This document shows positions 1 to 9,802 of a stretch of DNA of 64,000 bases, in pieces (position 1 is the first letter of the stretch; each line of letters opens with the position of its first letter). Source of the stretch: a virus (lineage: Duplodnaviria > Caudoviricetes); IMG/VR virus record IMGVR_UViG_3300033148_005588, positions 1 through 64,000 of that record. One strand, written 5' to 3'. Both the position numbers and the translations under genes were made by a program. Below the pieces are notes generated by a model that ran no database searches, was not told where the DNA came from, and saw only the letters and a program-made list of their open reading frames with translations.

Positions 1-176
1 CTTCTAACTTCCTCCTCACTCAAGGGACGATTCTTTGCCAGCCAGCGCAAAGCCTGCGCTATACATGTTTTGCCAGCCTCACTAGAACCAACAATAGTGG
101 TTATTCCTGCCGACAGATCAATTTCTGTATACTTGTAAGGCTTAAAATTTTCCAAAGCTATCTTTCTAAAAGACAC
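1..176 (-). CDS. SbcC/Rad50/gp46-like ATPase, N-terminal fragment running off the window edge
   Basis: Manual translation from GTG at 176: MSFRKIALENFKPYKYTEIDLSAGITTIVGSSEAGKTCIAQALRWL. This is the typical SMC/SbcC N-terminus (LENFK, Walker A GxxxxGKT). Not in the ORF track. Confidence 0.75.
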   Translation of the reverse strand, partial: MSFRKIALENFKPYKYTEIDLSAGITTIVGSSEAGKTCIAQALRWLAKNRPLSEEEVR

Positions 177-178
177 CT

Positions 179-424
179 TTACTGCCTCTTTACTCTGTTG
201 CCTTTGCTCCTCTTCTCTCTCCTCAGAGCATCTCTCTTTGCTAGAGCAGCAGCTCTGGCAGGGCCAATAAGATTCCGAGCCTTCTGAAGAGCCTTGCGCA
301 TTCTTGTAGCAGCAACCAACTTGCCCCCATCAAGCTCCTTAGCATGCCACAAAGCCTCATCCATCCACCCAATAATTTCTTCTACACCCTCAGAAACCAA
401 AATGTCTCTCTTCTTTCTACCCAT
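179..424 (-). CDS. hypothetical protein
   Basis: ORF 179..484; start reassigned to the ATG at 424, which follows AAGGAG. Fills the operon gap. Confidence 0.45.
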   Translation of the reverse strand: MGRKKRDILVSEGVEEIIGWMDEALWHAKELDGGKLVAATRMRKALQKARNLIGPARAAALAKRDALRREKRSKGNRVKRQ

Positions 425-674
425 GTCTTTTTGCTCCTTTCTTTTTAGGTTTTCTCTTTCTGCTCTCGCCATCTTCACTAGCAATATCTAGCTCTCTTCT
501 CATTCTAGTCCACTCAACAACAAGAGCGTGAATAAAATTAGTCAGCCTGGCATACTGCTCAGGACTGCTCTTTGTATTCTGGATAACAGTAATGACTCTG
601 TGTTGTTGACCTGTTAACTCCAAAGTCCAGTCTGGATAGGAATAGTCAGGATGGTGTCTGTTAATTTTAGCCAC
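417..674 (-). CDS. hypothetical protein
   Basis: Co-oriented ORF preceded by AAGGAGG and overlapping the next gene. Confidence 0.45.
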   Translation of the reverse strand: MAKINRHHPDYSYPDWTLELTGQQHRVITVIQNTKSSPEQYARLTNFIHALVVEWTRMRRELDIASEDGESRKRKPKKKGAKRHG

Positions 675-698
675 AATAGGCAGCCCTCCTCCTTCTTT

Positions 699-1631
699 CT
701 ATACCATCTTAAACACTTCAATCCACTTAGCAATATTATCAAGCATTGACCTAAAACCAAACCTATTACAAACCTCTACGAAAGCTTCCTTGCTTGGCAA
801 AGAGTCAGGTATGAGGGAGACCTTCTCAGTTCCCGACAACGGCAACTGAACCAGCTCTCGGTTCAAAGCCAGCCTATCCTCTTGCTCTCTAACAGCAACA
901 GAAACGGGATGGTTCTCAGGAAACTCTCCCTTCAGATACTTCACAGCTGTTTTGGTGCCAATACCAAGCAAGCGCCCAGTGCTAGCCTTTTTCTTTAGGC
1001 TGGGGACTCCGTCACCAGAGCAACCAGCAATAGCCAGCACCTCTGCCCAGCACCGAGGCTCAATGCCCCAAAAAGACACAAAGTCCTCATAAGTCCACAA
1101 CTGATTCTGCACAGGCTCATACCACATTGTGTCATGTGCTATCAGCTGGTAAAGGTCTCTGTCCCTGCTGACTATAATCTTCTCATAAAGACTATTAGCA
1201 AGAACTACACTAGCAATAACATCATCAGCCTCATAGCCAATTTGCCAGAAGTTATTGTCAAATCCAAGCTGAGGCATAACCTCGTCCCGGAGAATGGAAA
1301 TCTGATCCCTCAAAGCCCTTTCCACAAACAAGTCTTTCTCGGTTGGTGGGGGAGTGCTGGCTTTTCTTTTCTTGTACTCTGGGTATAGTAATTCTCTTCT
1401 GAGAGAAAGAGAACTATCCCAAACAAAGCAAACCATATCAGGAAGAAGCTTCTTAGCAACAGCAAACAGCTTCATAAAGAAACCATATATGACTCCTGTA
1501 TTCCCTTGGCCATGGAAGAACAGCTCTCTGTATGCGTGCTTAGCAATATGGCAAAGACTATGACTATCAATAACCAAAAGTCTCTTCTCTCTACTAGAAG
1601 CTAATTCTCTACGACGCACCCTCTCAACCAC
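699..1631 (-). CDS. 5'-3' exonuclease / flap endonuclease (T4 RNase H or PolA N-terminal type)
   Basis: LLVIDS, FVWD, YPEYKKRK, GYEADDVIA, IVSRDRDLYQL, GCSGDGVP and GIGTKTA motifs. Confidence 0.88.
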   Translation of the reverse strand: MVERVRRRELASSREKRLLVIDSHSLCHIAKHAYRELFFHGQGNTGVIYGFFMKLFAVAKKLLPDMVCFVWDSSLSLRRELLYPEYKKRKASTPPPTEKDLFVERALRDQISILRDEVMPQLGFDNNFWQIGYEADDVIASVVLANSLYEKIIVSRDRDLYQLIAHDTMWYEPVQNQLWTYEDFVSFWGIEPRCWAEVLAIAGCSGDGVPSLKKKASTGRLLGIGTKTAVKYLKGEFPENHPVSVAVREQEDRLALNRELVQLPLSGTEKVSLIPDSLPSKEAFVEVCNRFGFRSMLDNIAKWIEVFKMV

Positions 1632-1634
1632 AAA

Positions 1635-2807
1635 CTACTCCTCCTCCCCTTCTCCCACAGCCATAGGAGAAGAGCCATACTTGGGCTTTCTTCTAGGAAG
1701 CAAGCTGTCCTCTAGCTCTCTCCACCTTTGCTCCACCATCTCTTTCAAAACTGCCTCCTGGTTGTGCTCTTCTATATAACGCACAGCCTTCTCAGGAGTC
1801 ATGTCCTTGTTGTCCCAAGAGACAGACTTTATCTTTTTCTTGTTGTCTTCTCTCTTGAAACCAAAAAGCCAGTCAATCATACTTCCTACATCATCCACGC
1901 CATAGTCAAACAATATCTTAAACTCTGCCTCCCGGAAGGGCTTGGCTACCTTATTGCGCTCACATTTGGCTCTGACTCTTATTCCATACACCAAGTCATG
2001 GCCTTTGACTTTCTTATGAAGCTTTTCCTTCTCATACAACCAGCAAACCTGGTGAGTGTAGAAGTCCAAAGCCTTGCCTCCTGTGCGGTATATGCTCTTA
2101 CCAAAAGTTATACCAATCCTCTTCCTCACTTGGCTAATTATGAAAAGAGTGATATCTTGGCCCTTCATCCTGTTTGTGATCTCAGACCTAAAGAACTGGC
2201 TCAGGTAACTCTGCCTCTCTAGCTTGTAACTACCATCCAGTTCCCCACTCTCACGATCTGTGGCCTTCAAAAAACGAGAGCGCTCTGCTGCGCTGCCAAG
2301 ACTATCCAGGCTGTCCAAAACATAGATAAGCATTTGACCTGGCTCGTGCTTAGAGCAAGCCTTCATAAAATCCTTACCAAAATCCTCTATGGTCTCGCTA
2401 TAAGCCCACTCAATATCTTTCTCAGGGTTGAGGCCATACATGCTCTCTATATCAAAATCCATTACTTTCTCTGCATTGTTGTATCGTATAACAACCTCCT
2501 CAACCTCTGGGAAAATACGGCTCTCACGTCCAACATAGGTATGCTTAGCAAGCGCAGCAGCCTCAAGAGCCAGAAGAGTTTTGCCTGTGCTGCCATCCCC
2601 GACAATGTTCACAACCCGTCCTCTAGCCCAGCCTCCACCAGCACCTCTGCCAGAGACAACCAAGTTGATCAACGTGCTGCCTGAGTCTATAAACTCCACA
2701 AGGGATTCCTTCTTATGGTCACGCCCTTCCAGCAGCGCATCCTCCAGGGACAGTTTCTCTTCTCTTCTTCTCTCCTTGTGAAGTATCCTCTTCACTCTCC
2801 TCGCCAT
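1635..2807 (-). CDS. recA: RecA/UvsX recombinase
   Basis: FIDSGS, GDGSTGKT Walker A, LDSLD, IFISQVR, TGGKALDFY, KCERNKVAKPFREAEF. Confidence 0.95.
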   Translation of the reverse strand: MARRVKRILHKERRREEKLSLEDALLEGRDHKKESLVEFIDSGSTLINLVVSGRGAGGGWARGRVVNIVGDGSTGKTLLALEAAALAKHTYVGRESRIFPEVEEVVIRYNNAEKVMDFDIESMYGLNPEKDIEWAYSETIEDFGKDFMKACSKHEPGQMLIYVLDSLDSLGSAAERSRFLKATDRESGELDGSYKLERQSYLSQFFRSEITNRMKGQDITLFIISQVRKRIGITFGKSIYRTGGKALDFYTHQVCWLYEKEKLHKKVKGHDLVYGIRVRAKCERNKVAKPFREAEFKILFDYGVDDVGSMIDWLFGFKREDNKKKIKSVSWDNKDMTPEKAVRYIEEHNQEAVLKEMVEQRWRELEDSLLPRRKPKYGSSPMAVGEGEEE

Positions 2808-2809
2808 GG

Positions 2810-4105
2810 TTACTTGCTCCCACCCGCACTGCGCTTTCTACTTCTGATGGCCTTCTCCAGTCTCTGGCGCACAGAAGAAGAAGCTTTCTGCTGACCTTTT
2901 CCCTCTGCTGCTGCCGCCGGAGCTGAGGCTCTTTTCGCCCTGGCAGGTTTCTTCTTTCTCTGGGATTGGCGGCGTTCATACTCCTCACGACAGTCAGGGG
3001 CATAGTCACAAGTATCACAATCTTGATATTTATCGAACTCTACCCCAAAACACTCAGGAGGCTCTTCTTCTTCTTGTTCTTGTTCCTGATCCTGCTGCTC
3101 CTCTGACTCTTCTTCTTGTTCTTGAGAAGAATCAAGCTCTAAGATCAACTGGCGCAAATCATCATCACCCATCTCCTCTAGCTCATCTTGATCTGCGCTG
3201 CCACCAAGCTCAAAGAACAAAGCCTCTAGCCCTTCCCTGTCCATAGCATCCAAGTCAATCTCCTCTTCTTCTCCCTCTTCTGCTGCTCCTAGGCCATGCT
3301 CTTCTATCCCTTCCTCTTCTCCTTCAAGAGACATCCCTTCCATAGCATCCCTCACTTCTTCGTAAGTAGGCACAATCAATATCTCAGAGAAGGAACGCAA
3401 TTGTTCCACAAGCCCCTCATCCAAGGGAAACGGCTCCTCATCAATCTGTACATTTTTGTACTTGGTCTGTCGGCCTTGTCCTATCCTATCAAAGAACACT
3501 TTGCGCCCATCAAACGGATCACTTATGTCCAGATAGACATCCGCAGACTTCTTATGGCTCTGGCCTAGAATCTCCTCAGCCAACGTCCTAGGACAACTCC
3601 AAAGAAGCAATTTCTCGGAGTCATCAGAGCCCAAATCCAGAACCCACATCAACACCCGATGATCTGGGAAATAGGACTTTGCTAAGTCCCGATCCTCTTC
3701 CCACAGTTGGGACGTTTGCTGCTCACATACATAACAAGGCTTCCCATACATACGCTTCAAGCACAAGAAGTAGTCATTGTTCAAACCAACATTTCTGTGG
3801 AAGTGAACATCCAAGCCATAATAGGCAAGCTCAGACACTTCCAAAGGAGGCACAATGCGAATAACATTGGCGCCCTCACGAGGGATATACATCTCTACAT
3901 CATCAACAATATAGCCTCTTCTAACATCCCCCTTGCGGAACTGCTCCTCCTTCCGCTTCAACGCATCTTGTGTTACTTTGCCTTTGTAATCTTCCCAAGC
4001 CGACTTTTTAGCCCCCCTACTGCTGCTGGTAGAAGTCTTTCGACTTGCTGCTGCCCTTCTTGTTGTCGGTCTCCTCTCCTTGGAACCAGTTCTCTTCACA
4101 ACCAT
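2810..4105 (-). CDS. single-stranded DNA-binding protein (gp32-like) with long acidic tail
   Basis: Start reassigned to MVVKR at 4105 (SD GGGAGG). NVIRIVPP, CLKR..PCYVC and DISDPFDG..GQGRQTKY fit a gp32-like core; adjacent to recA. Confidence 0.7.
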   Translation of the reverse strand: MVVKRTGSKERRPTTRRAAASRKTSTSSSRGAKKSAWEDYKGKVTQDALKRKEEQFRKGDVRRGYIVDDVEMYIPREGANVIRIVPPLEVSELAYYGLDVHFHRNVGLNNDYFLCLKRMYGKPCYVCEQQTSQLWEEDRDLAKSYFPDHRVLMWVLDLGSDDSEKLLLWSCPRTLAEEILGQSHKKSADVYLDISDPFDGRKVFFDRIGQGRQTKYKNVQIDEEPFPLDEGLVEQLRSFSEILIVPTYEEVRDAMEGMSLEGEEEGIEEHGLGAAEEGEEEEIDLDAMDREGLEALFFELGGSADQDELEEMGDDDLRQLILELDSSQEQEEESEEQQDQEQEQEEEEPPECFGVEFDKYQDCDTCDYAPDCREEYERRQSQRKKKPARAKRASAPAAAAEGKGQQKASSSVRQRLEKAIRSRKRSAGGSK

Positions 4106-4346
4106 AATACTTCCTCCCTTCCTCTTCTTCTTTTGATAATAGTCTGCTGCGGCGGTGTTGTCTCTGAGTGGTAATCCACGCCAAAGAGACAGCTTTCGCC
4201 ACAAAGTAAGCCAAAACAAACAAAATATATCCAGCAACCACCACTCCACAGGCCAAAACAAGAACAAGAGACACCCAAGAGAGTAGTGTGCCTTCTGACA
4301 AACCAAAATAGTTCAAAATGTCCCCTAATACACTTGCTAATAGCAT
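4017..4346 (-). CDS. hypothetical membrane protein
   Basis: Long hydrophobic N-terminal half; its C-terminus overlaps the SSB start by ~90 nt, so uncertain. Confidence 0.35.
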   Translation of the reverse strand: MLLASVLGDILNYFGLSEGTLLSWVSLVLVLACGVVVAGYILFVLAYFVAKAVSLAWITTQRQHRRSRLLSKEEEEGRKYYGCEENWFQGEETDNKKGSSKSKDFYQQQ

Positions 4347-4350
4347 TGCC

Positions 4351-4965
4351 TCATTTCTCTCTCATAACTCTTTTTCTTCTTTTTATGGTTCTTTCCTTCT
4401 TCCTCCTTCCTTCCTCAAGCCAGCTCTTGCTCCTCTCTGGGAATGACCGCTCTATCTGCGCCGCCAGCTTCTCTCTAATCTTCTTGGCAACAATGCGCTT
4501 GGTCTCTCTGCCCTCAACAGCAGCAAAGTAACCTTGGCCGTGCAAGCGCACAAGATTGTCCAAGCTGCTATGCCTACGCTCAAAACTCTTCCTCGCCACT
4601 GTGTAAGAAGAAGCTCTGCTCGCCACTGCCTCATACTCCTTCTGTGCCTTCTGGACTTCTGGGCTGACACAAACTAAAGCTCTAATTGTCCCCTCGCTCA
4701 AAGACTTCAACTTGTGGGGCTTGCCTGTCCATTTCTCTGCCAGCTGGTTTATGTGCTCCATAGACATACCCCGCAGTTCTAACTCAACCTTTGCCCTTAC
4801 AACATCAAGGCGCGATTTGGCATCGTCCCTCTCTTCATTGGCAACAATCTCTAGTCTGCTCCATTTGTCAAACAGCGCTGGTGACTCTACACACTCATCA
4901 TCCAAACTATTCTTATCAATCACCAGCTCCTCTAAGTAATCTTGGTATTCTGCCTTATTGTTCAT
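4351..4965 (-). CDS. UvsY-like recombination mediator
   Basis: IDKNSLDDECVESPALFDKW followed by a coiled coil resembles the UvsY pattern; upstream of SSB and recA; start reassigned to MNNK (SD GAGG). Confidence 0.5.
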   Translation of the reverse strand: MNNKAEYQDYLEELVIDKNSLDDECVESPALFDKWSRLEIVANEERDDAKSRLDVVRAKVELELRGMSMEHINQLAEKWTGKPHKLKSLSEGTIRALVCVSPEVQKAQKEYEAVASRASSYTVARKSFERRHSSLDNLVRLHGQGYFAAVEGRETKRIVAKKIREKLAAQIERSFPERSKSWLEEGRRKKERTIKRRKRVMREK

Positions 4966-5010
4966 CAGAGCTAACCTCTTCTCTTTACCGTCAAAATCCC
5001 CTCTATAGGT

Positions 5011-5032
5011 ATTATAAGCCAAAAAGCTAGAA
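5011..5032 (-). promoter_or_regulatory. phage-type promoter P2
   Basis: Minus strand TTCTA-GCT-TTTTGG-CT-TATAAT; one of four copies of the motif, upstream of the recombination genes. Confidence 0.7.
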
Positions 5033-5066
5033 TCTCTCTTTCCAAAAGACCCCCCACAGGAAAGAT

Positions 5067-5220
5067 ATATACTTATAGTATATAAGTATATGTCTTTTAG
5101 TATTATATTAAAAATATAATTAGTATAAAATACTAAAAGTATAATAGGATACTAGTCTCCATTATTCCTCGTTCTCCCTCTTTATTATATATATTTATAT
5201 ATATAATAAAAGGGGAGAAC
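5067..5220. repeat. AT-rich intergenic block with three consecutive inverted repeats
   Basis: Arms 5067-5077/5081-5091 (11 bp perfect), 5094-5104/5129-5139 (11 bp perfect), 5171-5193/5198-5220 (23 bp, 2 mismatches). Confidence 0.8.
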
Positions 5221-5274
5221 TTCGTAATAACTGGCCACTGCGTGGCCAGACATGTCCTTTCCTCCTCCCTCCCG

Positions 5275-8200
5275 TTAAGCAAACCCCAAGTTGTAGAGAG
5301 TCTCTGCCCACCGAGAGATGCCCTCTGAAAAGGTCTGGTAGTTTTGCGCTCTGTTGTAGATGACTGCTGCTGGATGAATACACCAAGCAATCCAGCACCC
5401 GTACTTTGGGCTCCACTCCACTGTTCCGCTCAGAGCGTTTATGCCGCTGCTCTCTTGGCGGAAAAAGTAGTTCACTGTGTTGCCAAGAGCAAGAACCAAA
5501 AATGGCTTCACAATGGACAGCTCTCTTGAGAGCCAATACTTGGAGCAAATGTCAATTTGTGATGGCTTTGGAGTCTTTGTCTCAGATGGCCAACACTTCT
5601 GTACATTGGTGATGTAGAAGTCCTTCCTAGTCAAGTTGAACTTCTTTCCTAGCTCTGTCCAAAGCACTTCCCCGCCCCCACCAACAAACCCCTCTCCGAC
5701 TCTGTCTTCTTGGCGCCCTGGAGCCTCTCCAATAATACAAGCATTCAAGTTGCCTATGCTGGGCCGAACAACTTGTGAGCACTCTTTTCTCAGGGAGCAA
5801 TGCTCACAAGCAGACATTGCCTCTCCAAGTCTTTCCAGCTCTCTTCTCTGCCTTGGGCTTAGTGTTTTAGCCAGTCTCAAGGACAGGCCCCTAGTGTTGG
5901 CAGATTCCAAATCCTCCACAAACCAAAATTCTTCCGTATGCAAGGAGCTTGTTCTGTATGGATGATTTGCTTTAGCAAGAAGCCATCTTCCGGAGCAGTG
6001 CTCAATCTCTTCTTTGCGTTCTTGGTAGACCTTGGAACCAAATACAAGCATGGCGAAATCTGTCTGATCTTCAAAGTTACCATACACTCCGCCCAGTGCT
6101 CCTTTGGTGCCCTTTATGTCTCTGGCTTTGTCCGTTATAACATTTTGAACTTTCTCTCGGTAACCAAACTTTATCTGAGTCATGCGACCAAAATACAAAG
6201 AGGACTCTCGTTCTGTTCTCAAAAAGTTCACGCTGTTCAGCGGCCTTATAGAGAGAGAAGTTTTCAGCACTCTCAGCAACTTTCTAAACCTGTACATGGG
6301 GTCGGAACTAAGCTCAAAAGAAAAATACTCACTCAATCTTTCCAGCTCTTCCTCAGAGAACTGAGGCCGATCTTCTTCTTTGAAGAACAGCGCCCCTACA
6401 GCACTCAAGGTCTTTATGACCCGTGAGTTCACGGTGCGCTTGGGCAGGCGCGATTGGAGATCGTCTAGGCTCTTGTATGCTCCGTTCTTGAGGCGCTCTT
6501 TTTCTATGGCTTTGGCTGCTGCTGGGCCAATGCCCTTTATCTCACACAAAGGGACAACCAATGCCCCCGATTTGTTTATAGCCCATTCTTCTGCCTTGCT
6601 TTCATTTACATTAGGCAAGATAAACTTTAGCCCTAGCCTTCTCAGCTCCATGATACAATCTCTTTTCTTTAGGTCTGTGCCGTAGGTGAGCACCGCAACC
6701 ATAAACTCTGCTGGGTAGTGTACCTTTAACCACATATCCCAGTAGCCAATCATGGCATACTCCACAGCATGGGATTTGTTGAATCCGTAAGAGCCAAAGT
6801 GCTTCAACTCATCAAACACCTTTTTGGCCTCGCTGGGAGGGAGCGTTTTGCGCTTTTGACACCCCTCAATGAACAAAGACTCAAACTTCTTAAACTGCTC
6901 TACACCTTTAGACTTGCTAATTACTTTGCGAACTGTGTCAGCTGTTCTCCATGGCAAACCTCCCAAATCATAGAGCAGATTCATGACTTGCTCCTGGTAG
7001 AGAATAAGACCTCTTGTGTCTTTTGTAAGCTTCTCTATGAAGGGATGGACTTTAGGTATCTCTTGCTGTCCGTGCTTGCGTAAGCGATAGTCAACAGTCA
7101 TGCCACTGCGCAAGCACCCTGGGCGGTGAAGAGCATTCAAGTCTGTTAGTTGGTTAAAGTCCTCTATGCCAATCTCCTTACAAAGTTTTATCATCCCGGG
7201 AGTGTTGAATTGGAAACATCCTATCGTATTGCCTTGGGTAAATTGGTCGTAGACCTCCTTGTCGTCAAGAGGAATTTTCTCAAAGTCTATCTCCACCCTG
7301 TGCCTTTCTTTTATCAGCTTGGCGCAGTAGTTCAATATGGTCAGAGCCTTGAGCCCCAGAACATCCAGTTTCATTAGGCCGTTAAACTCAGCATCTTCTT
7401 TGTCCCAGTTGACACAGATTGTCCCTTGTTTGCGGCGTACAAGATTAGCACACAGAGCGTCTCTTAGATCGTGTCCTGCGATACAAATGGCTGCTGCGTG
7501 CATACCTGCTCGTACCTTTTGGCCCTCCAGGGCCATCGCTATGCGGCTGACTTCTGGGTATTTCTTCTTGAATTTTATGCCATCCTCAAAAGTGTTGAAG
7601 GCGTCCTCTATTGTAAAAGAGGCTCTAACATCACCACCACTGCGCACGACGATAGACTTTGCAGCAGCGTCAACATCCTTTGGGCTTACAGAAAACACTC
7701 TGCTAACGTCTCGCAGAGCACCACGCCCATGAAGTGCTGCAAAGGTAGACACTCCCGCCACATTGTACTTACCATACAACTTCTCCAGGTGCTCCCGGAT
7801 AAGGTCTCTCTTTATGTCTTCAAAGTCCATATCAATATCTGGCAGGTCAATGCGAGCTGGGCTGATGAACCTGGCAAATAAGAGATTGTACTTTAGTGGG
7901 TTGACCTTTGTTATACCAAGCACATAGGCAAGCAAACTGCCCCCCACGCTGCCCCTACCCGGACCAGTCATTATATCATTCTCTTTACACCACCGTATGA
8001 GTTCCCAAACAATGAGAAAGTACCTGGCAAAGCCAAGTTTAATGACTAACTCTAATTCCTCCTTGAGGCGTTCCTCGTATTCTTCTATGCTGGTGCCAAT
8101 CTCCTTATGATGCTCGGCTTTTTCATACAATCCATCAAGAGCCAACTCAATAAGCTTATCTTCATCAGACAGCCCCTCTTTGCCTGGCACTGGCACATGG

Positions 8201-9069
8201 GGTAGCACAACTGGTATGCGCTCAAGGTGTAGAGTGCATTGTTCCGCCACCATTAAAGTGTTATCAAGGGCTTCCATTATCTCTTTTCTTTTTAGAACTC
8301 CCTGGGTGGTAAATGCCTCTACCATCTCCTTTCTGGTTCGGAGATAGAGTCCTGTAACATCAAACTTCCATCTGTTAGGATCATTCCACTTAGCATTCCT
8401 CTGGATGGCAAGCAAAACCTCTTGTAGCTTTTCTTGTCCTCGCTCTACATAATGGCAATCATTGGTAGCCACAATAGGCAACCCGTACTCTTTAGCAAGG
8501 CTCAAAGCAAGAGCGTTTACCTCTACTTGGTCTTTGTAGTTGTGCGGCATAACTTCCAGATAGACAGGCAAAGACTTGCCCACTAAGTCCTCTAGTAAGC
8601 CCCTGCCCCATTCTGTTTGGATAAAGGAAGAGGCACAAGCAGACATAATGATGAGGCCAGAACAGTTCTCCAAGAGCAAAGAGGGGTCTATGCGGGGTCG
8701 GTAGTAGAATCCGTGGAGATTTGCTTGGGTGAGAAGATGGAGAATACTCTTCCATCCATCTTGGTTCCTGGCTAAAAGGGTAATATGGTAGGTTCTTTCC
8801 CTTCTTTGGGTCTTGTCTCTTGGCGGTCTGTACTTGATGTCTTCCACTAAGTACATCTCACAGCCAAGAATGGAGTGTATTCCAGCCTCATCACACGCTT
8901 GCTGCCAGCGCACGCACCCGTCAACGTTCATGTGGTTGGTCAGGGCCAGGTGCTCCATACCGAGCTGTTTGGCCCTCTCCACATACTGTTGAGCTGTGCC
9001 GTACCCATCGAGCAAGCTATACTCGTTGTGGATATGCAGGTGGGCAAACTCTTCTTTACTGCTGTTCAT
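5275..9069 (-). CDS. dnaE: DNA polymerase III alpha subunit with C-terminal family-4 uracil-DNA glycosylase domain
   Basis: PHP domain (HLHIHNEYSLLDG, TNDCHY), GRGSVGGS, PDIDMDF, KLDVLGL, YGFNKSH. The C-terminus has CxxC, GEAPG, FVG, TNVQKC and HPAA UDG motifs. Confidence 0.95.
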   Translation of the reverse strand: MNSSKEEFAHLHIHNEYSLLDGYGTAQQYVERAKQLGMEHLALTNHMNVDGCVRWQQACDEAGIHSILGCEMYLVEDIKYRPPRDKTQRRERTYHITLLARNQDGWKSILHLLTQANLHGFYYRPRIDPSLLLENCSGLIIMSACASSFIQTEWGRGLLEDLVGKSLPVYLEVMPHNYKDQVEVNALALSLAKEYGLPIVATNDCHYVERGQEKLQEVLLAIQRNAKWNDPNRWKFDVTGLYLRTRKEMVEAFTTQGVLKRKEIMEALDNTLMVAEQCTLHLERIPVVLPHVPVPGKEGLSDEDKLIELALDGLYEKAEHHKEIGTSIEEYEERLKEELELVIKLGFARYFLIVWELIRWCKENDIMTGPGRGSVGGSLLAYVLGITKVNPLKYNLLFARFISPARIDLPDIDMDFEDIKRDLIREHLEKLYGKYNVAGVSTFAALHGRGALRDVSRVFSVSPKDVDAAAKSIVVRSGGDVRASFTIEDAFNTFEDGIKFKKKYPEVSRIAMALEGQKVRAGMHAAAICIAGHDLRDALCANLVRRKQGTICVNWDKEDAEFNGLMKLDVLGLKALTILNYCAKLIKERHRVEIDFEKIPLDDKEVYDQFTQGNTIGCFQFNTPGMIKLCKEIGIEDFNQLTDLNALHRPGCLRSGMTVDYRLRKHGQQEIPKVHPFIEKLTKDTRGLILYQEQVMNLLYDLGGLPWRTADTVRKVISKSKGVEQFKKFESLFIEGCQKRKTLPPSEAKKVFDELKHFGSYGFNKSHAVEYAMIGYWDMWLKVHYPAEFMVAVLTYGTDLKKRDCIMELRRLGLKFILPNVNESKAEEWAINKSGALVVPLCEIKGIGPAAAKAIEKERLKNGAYKSLDDLQSRLPKRTVNSRVIKTLSAVGALFFKEEDRPQFSEEELERLSEYFSFELSSDPMYRFRKLLRVLKTSLSIRPLNSVNFLRTERESSLYFGRMTQIKFGYREKVQNVITDKARDIKGTKGALGGVYGNFEDQTDFAMLVFGSKVYQERKEEIEHCSGRWLLAKANHPYRTSSLHTEEFWFVEDLESANTRGLSLRLAKTLSPRQRRELERLGEAMSACEHCSLRKECSQVVRPSIGNLNACIIGEAPGRQEDRVGEGFVGGGGEVLWTELGKKFNLTRKDFYITNVQKCWPSETKTPKPSQIDICSKYWLSRELSIVKPFLVLALGNTVNYFFRQESSGINALSGTVEWSPKYGCWIAWCIHPAAVIYNRAQNYQTFSEGISRWAETLYNLGFA

Positions 9070-9802
9070 GGGGCTTTGCCTCTCTTTCTCTCTTCCAGTG
9101 TGGCTTAAAAGACAGTACCCTCTCTACATACTCATCTGTCCATCTACCGCCAAAGCCAATAGCTCTGTCATCAATGTAAACATCAGCCAGCACCTTTGTG
9201 CCAGAGAGTTGCTGCTCTTGGTTTGCTGGATTGTAGTTTATATAGTCAAAGGGTAAGTGGTGCTCTTGTAAATACTTTCTAACCTCATTAATCTCCGACC
9301 TTGTCGTGTTGATGATTATAAGCGCCCCCTCTTTGCGAAATCTCTCTAAAGCTTCTTTGACTCCGGGAACAGGAGGCCCAAAAACACCTTTGCCCTTCCA
9401 CCCTGTGTATATGGCTATGGTAGCATCAAAGTCTATTGCTATTGTTTTTCTCTCTTTCTTAGAGGAGAGAGGCTTCTCGCATTGGTTTGTTCTTCTGTAT
9501 TCCATAAGCATCAGCAAACAATACGCAGCAAAGTCAAGAAGAGTGTCTTCAACAGACTCTGTTGCTTGGCCCAAATCGGCCCCAGGTTCAGAGTCCCAAA
9601 ACCAGCGTTTGAGTCTCTGGTATTTGCGGTTTATGTCTACAAAGATGCCCTTGATGCCTAAGCTGTTGTAGGCTGTTTCTCCGTACCGTTTGGTGCCTGA
9701 TTTCTTTTTCTCATGAACCTCCTTCAGCAAAGAGGCAAAAGCCGCATCGTGAGCAGAATCAGAGCAAAGTTTTGTCTCAAACTTATTGAGTTCTTTGTCC
9801 AT
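9056..9802 (-). CDS. DUF1599/Nmad1-like all-alpha domain fused to HAD-family phosphatase
   Basis: N-terminal K..RYG..RKYQRL..ESVEDTLLDFAAY; C-terminal DFDATI (HAD motif I) and YIDDRA; start reassigned to MDKEL (SD AGGAG). Confidence 0.65.
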   Translation of the reverse strand: MDKELNKFETKLCSDSAHDAAFASLLKEVHEKKKSGTKRYGETAYNSLGIKGIFVDINRKYQRLKRWFWDSEPGADLGQATESVEDTLLDFAAYCLLMLMEYRRTNQCEKPLSSKKERKTIAIDFDATIAIYTGWKGKGVFGPPVPGVKEALERFRKEGALIIINTTRSEINEVRKYLQEHHLPFDYINYNPANQEQQLSGTKVLADVYIDDRAIGFGGRWTDEYVERVLSFKPHWKREREAKPHEQQ

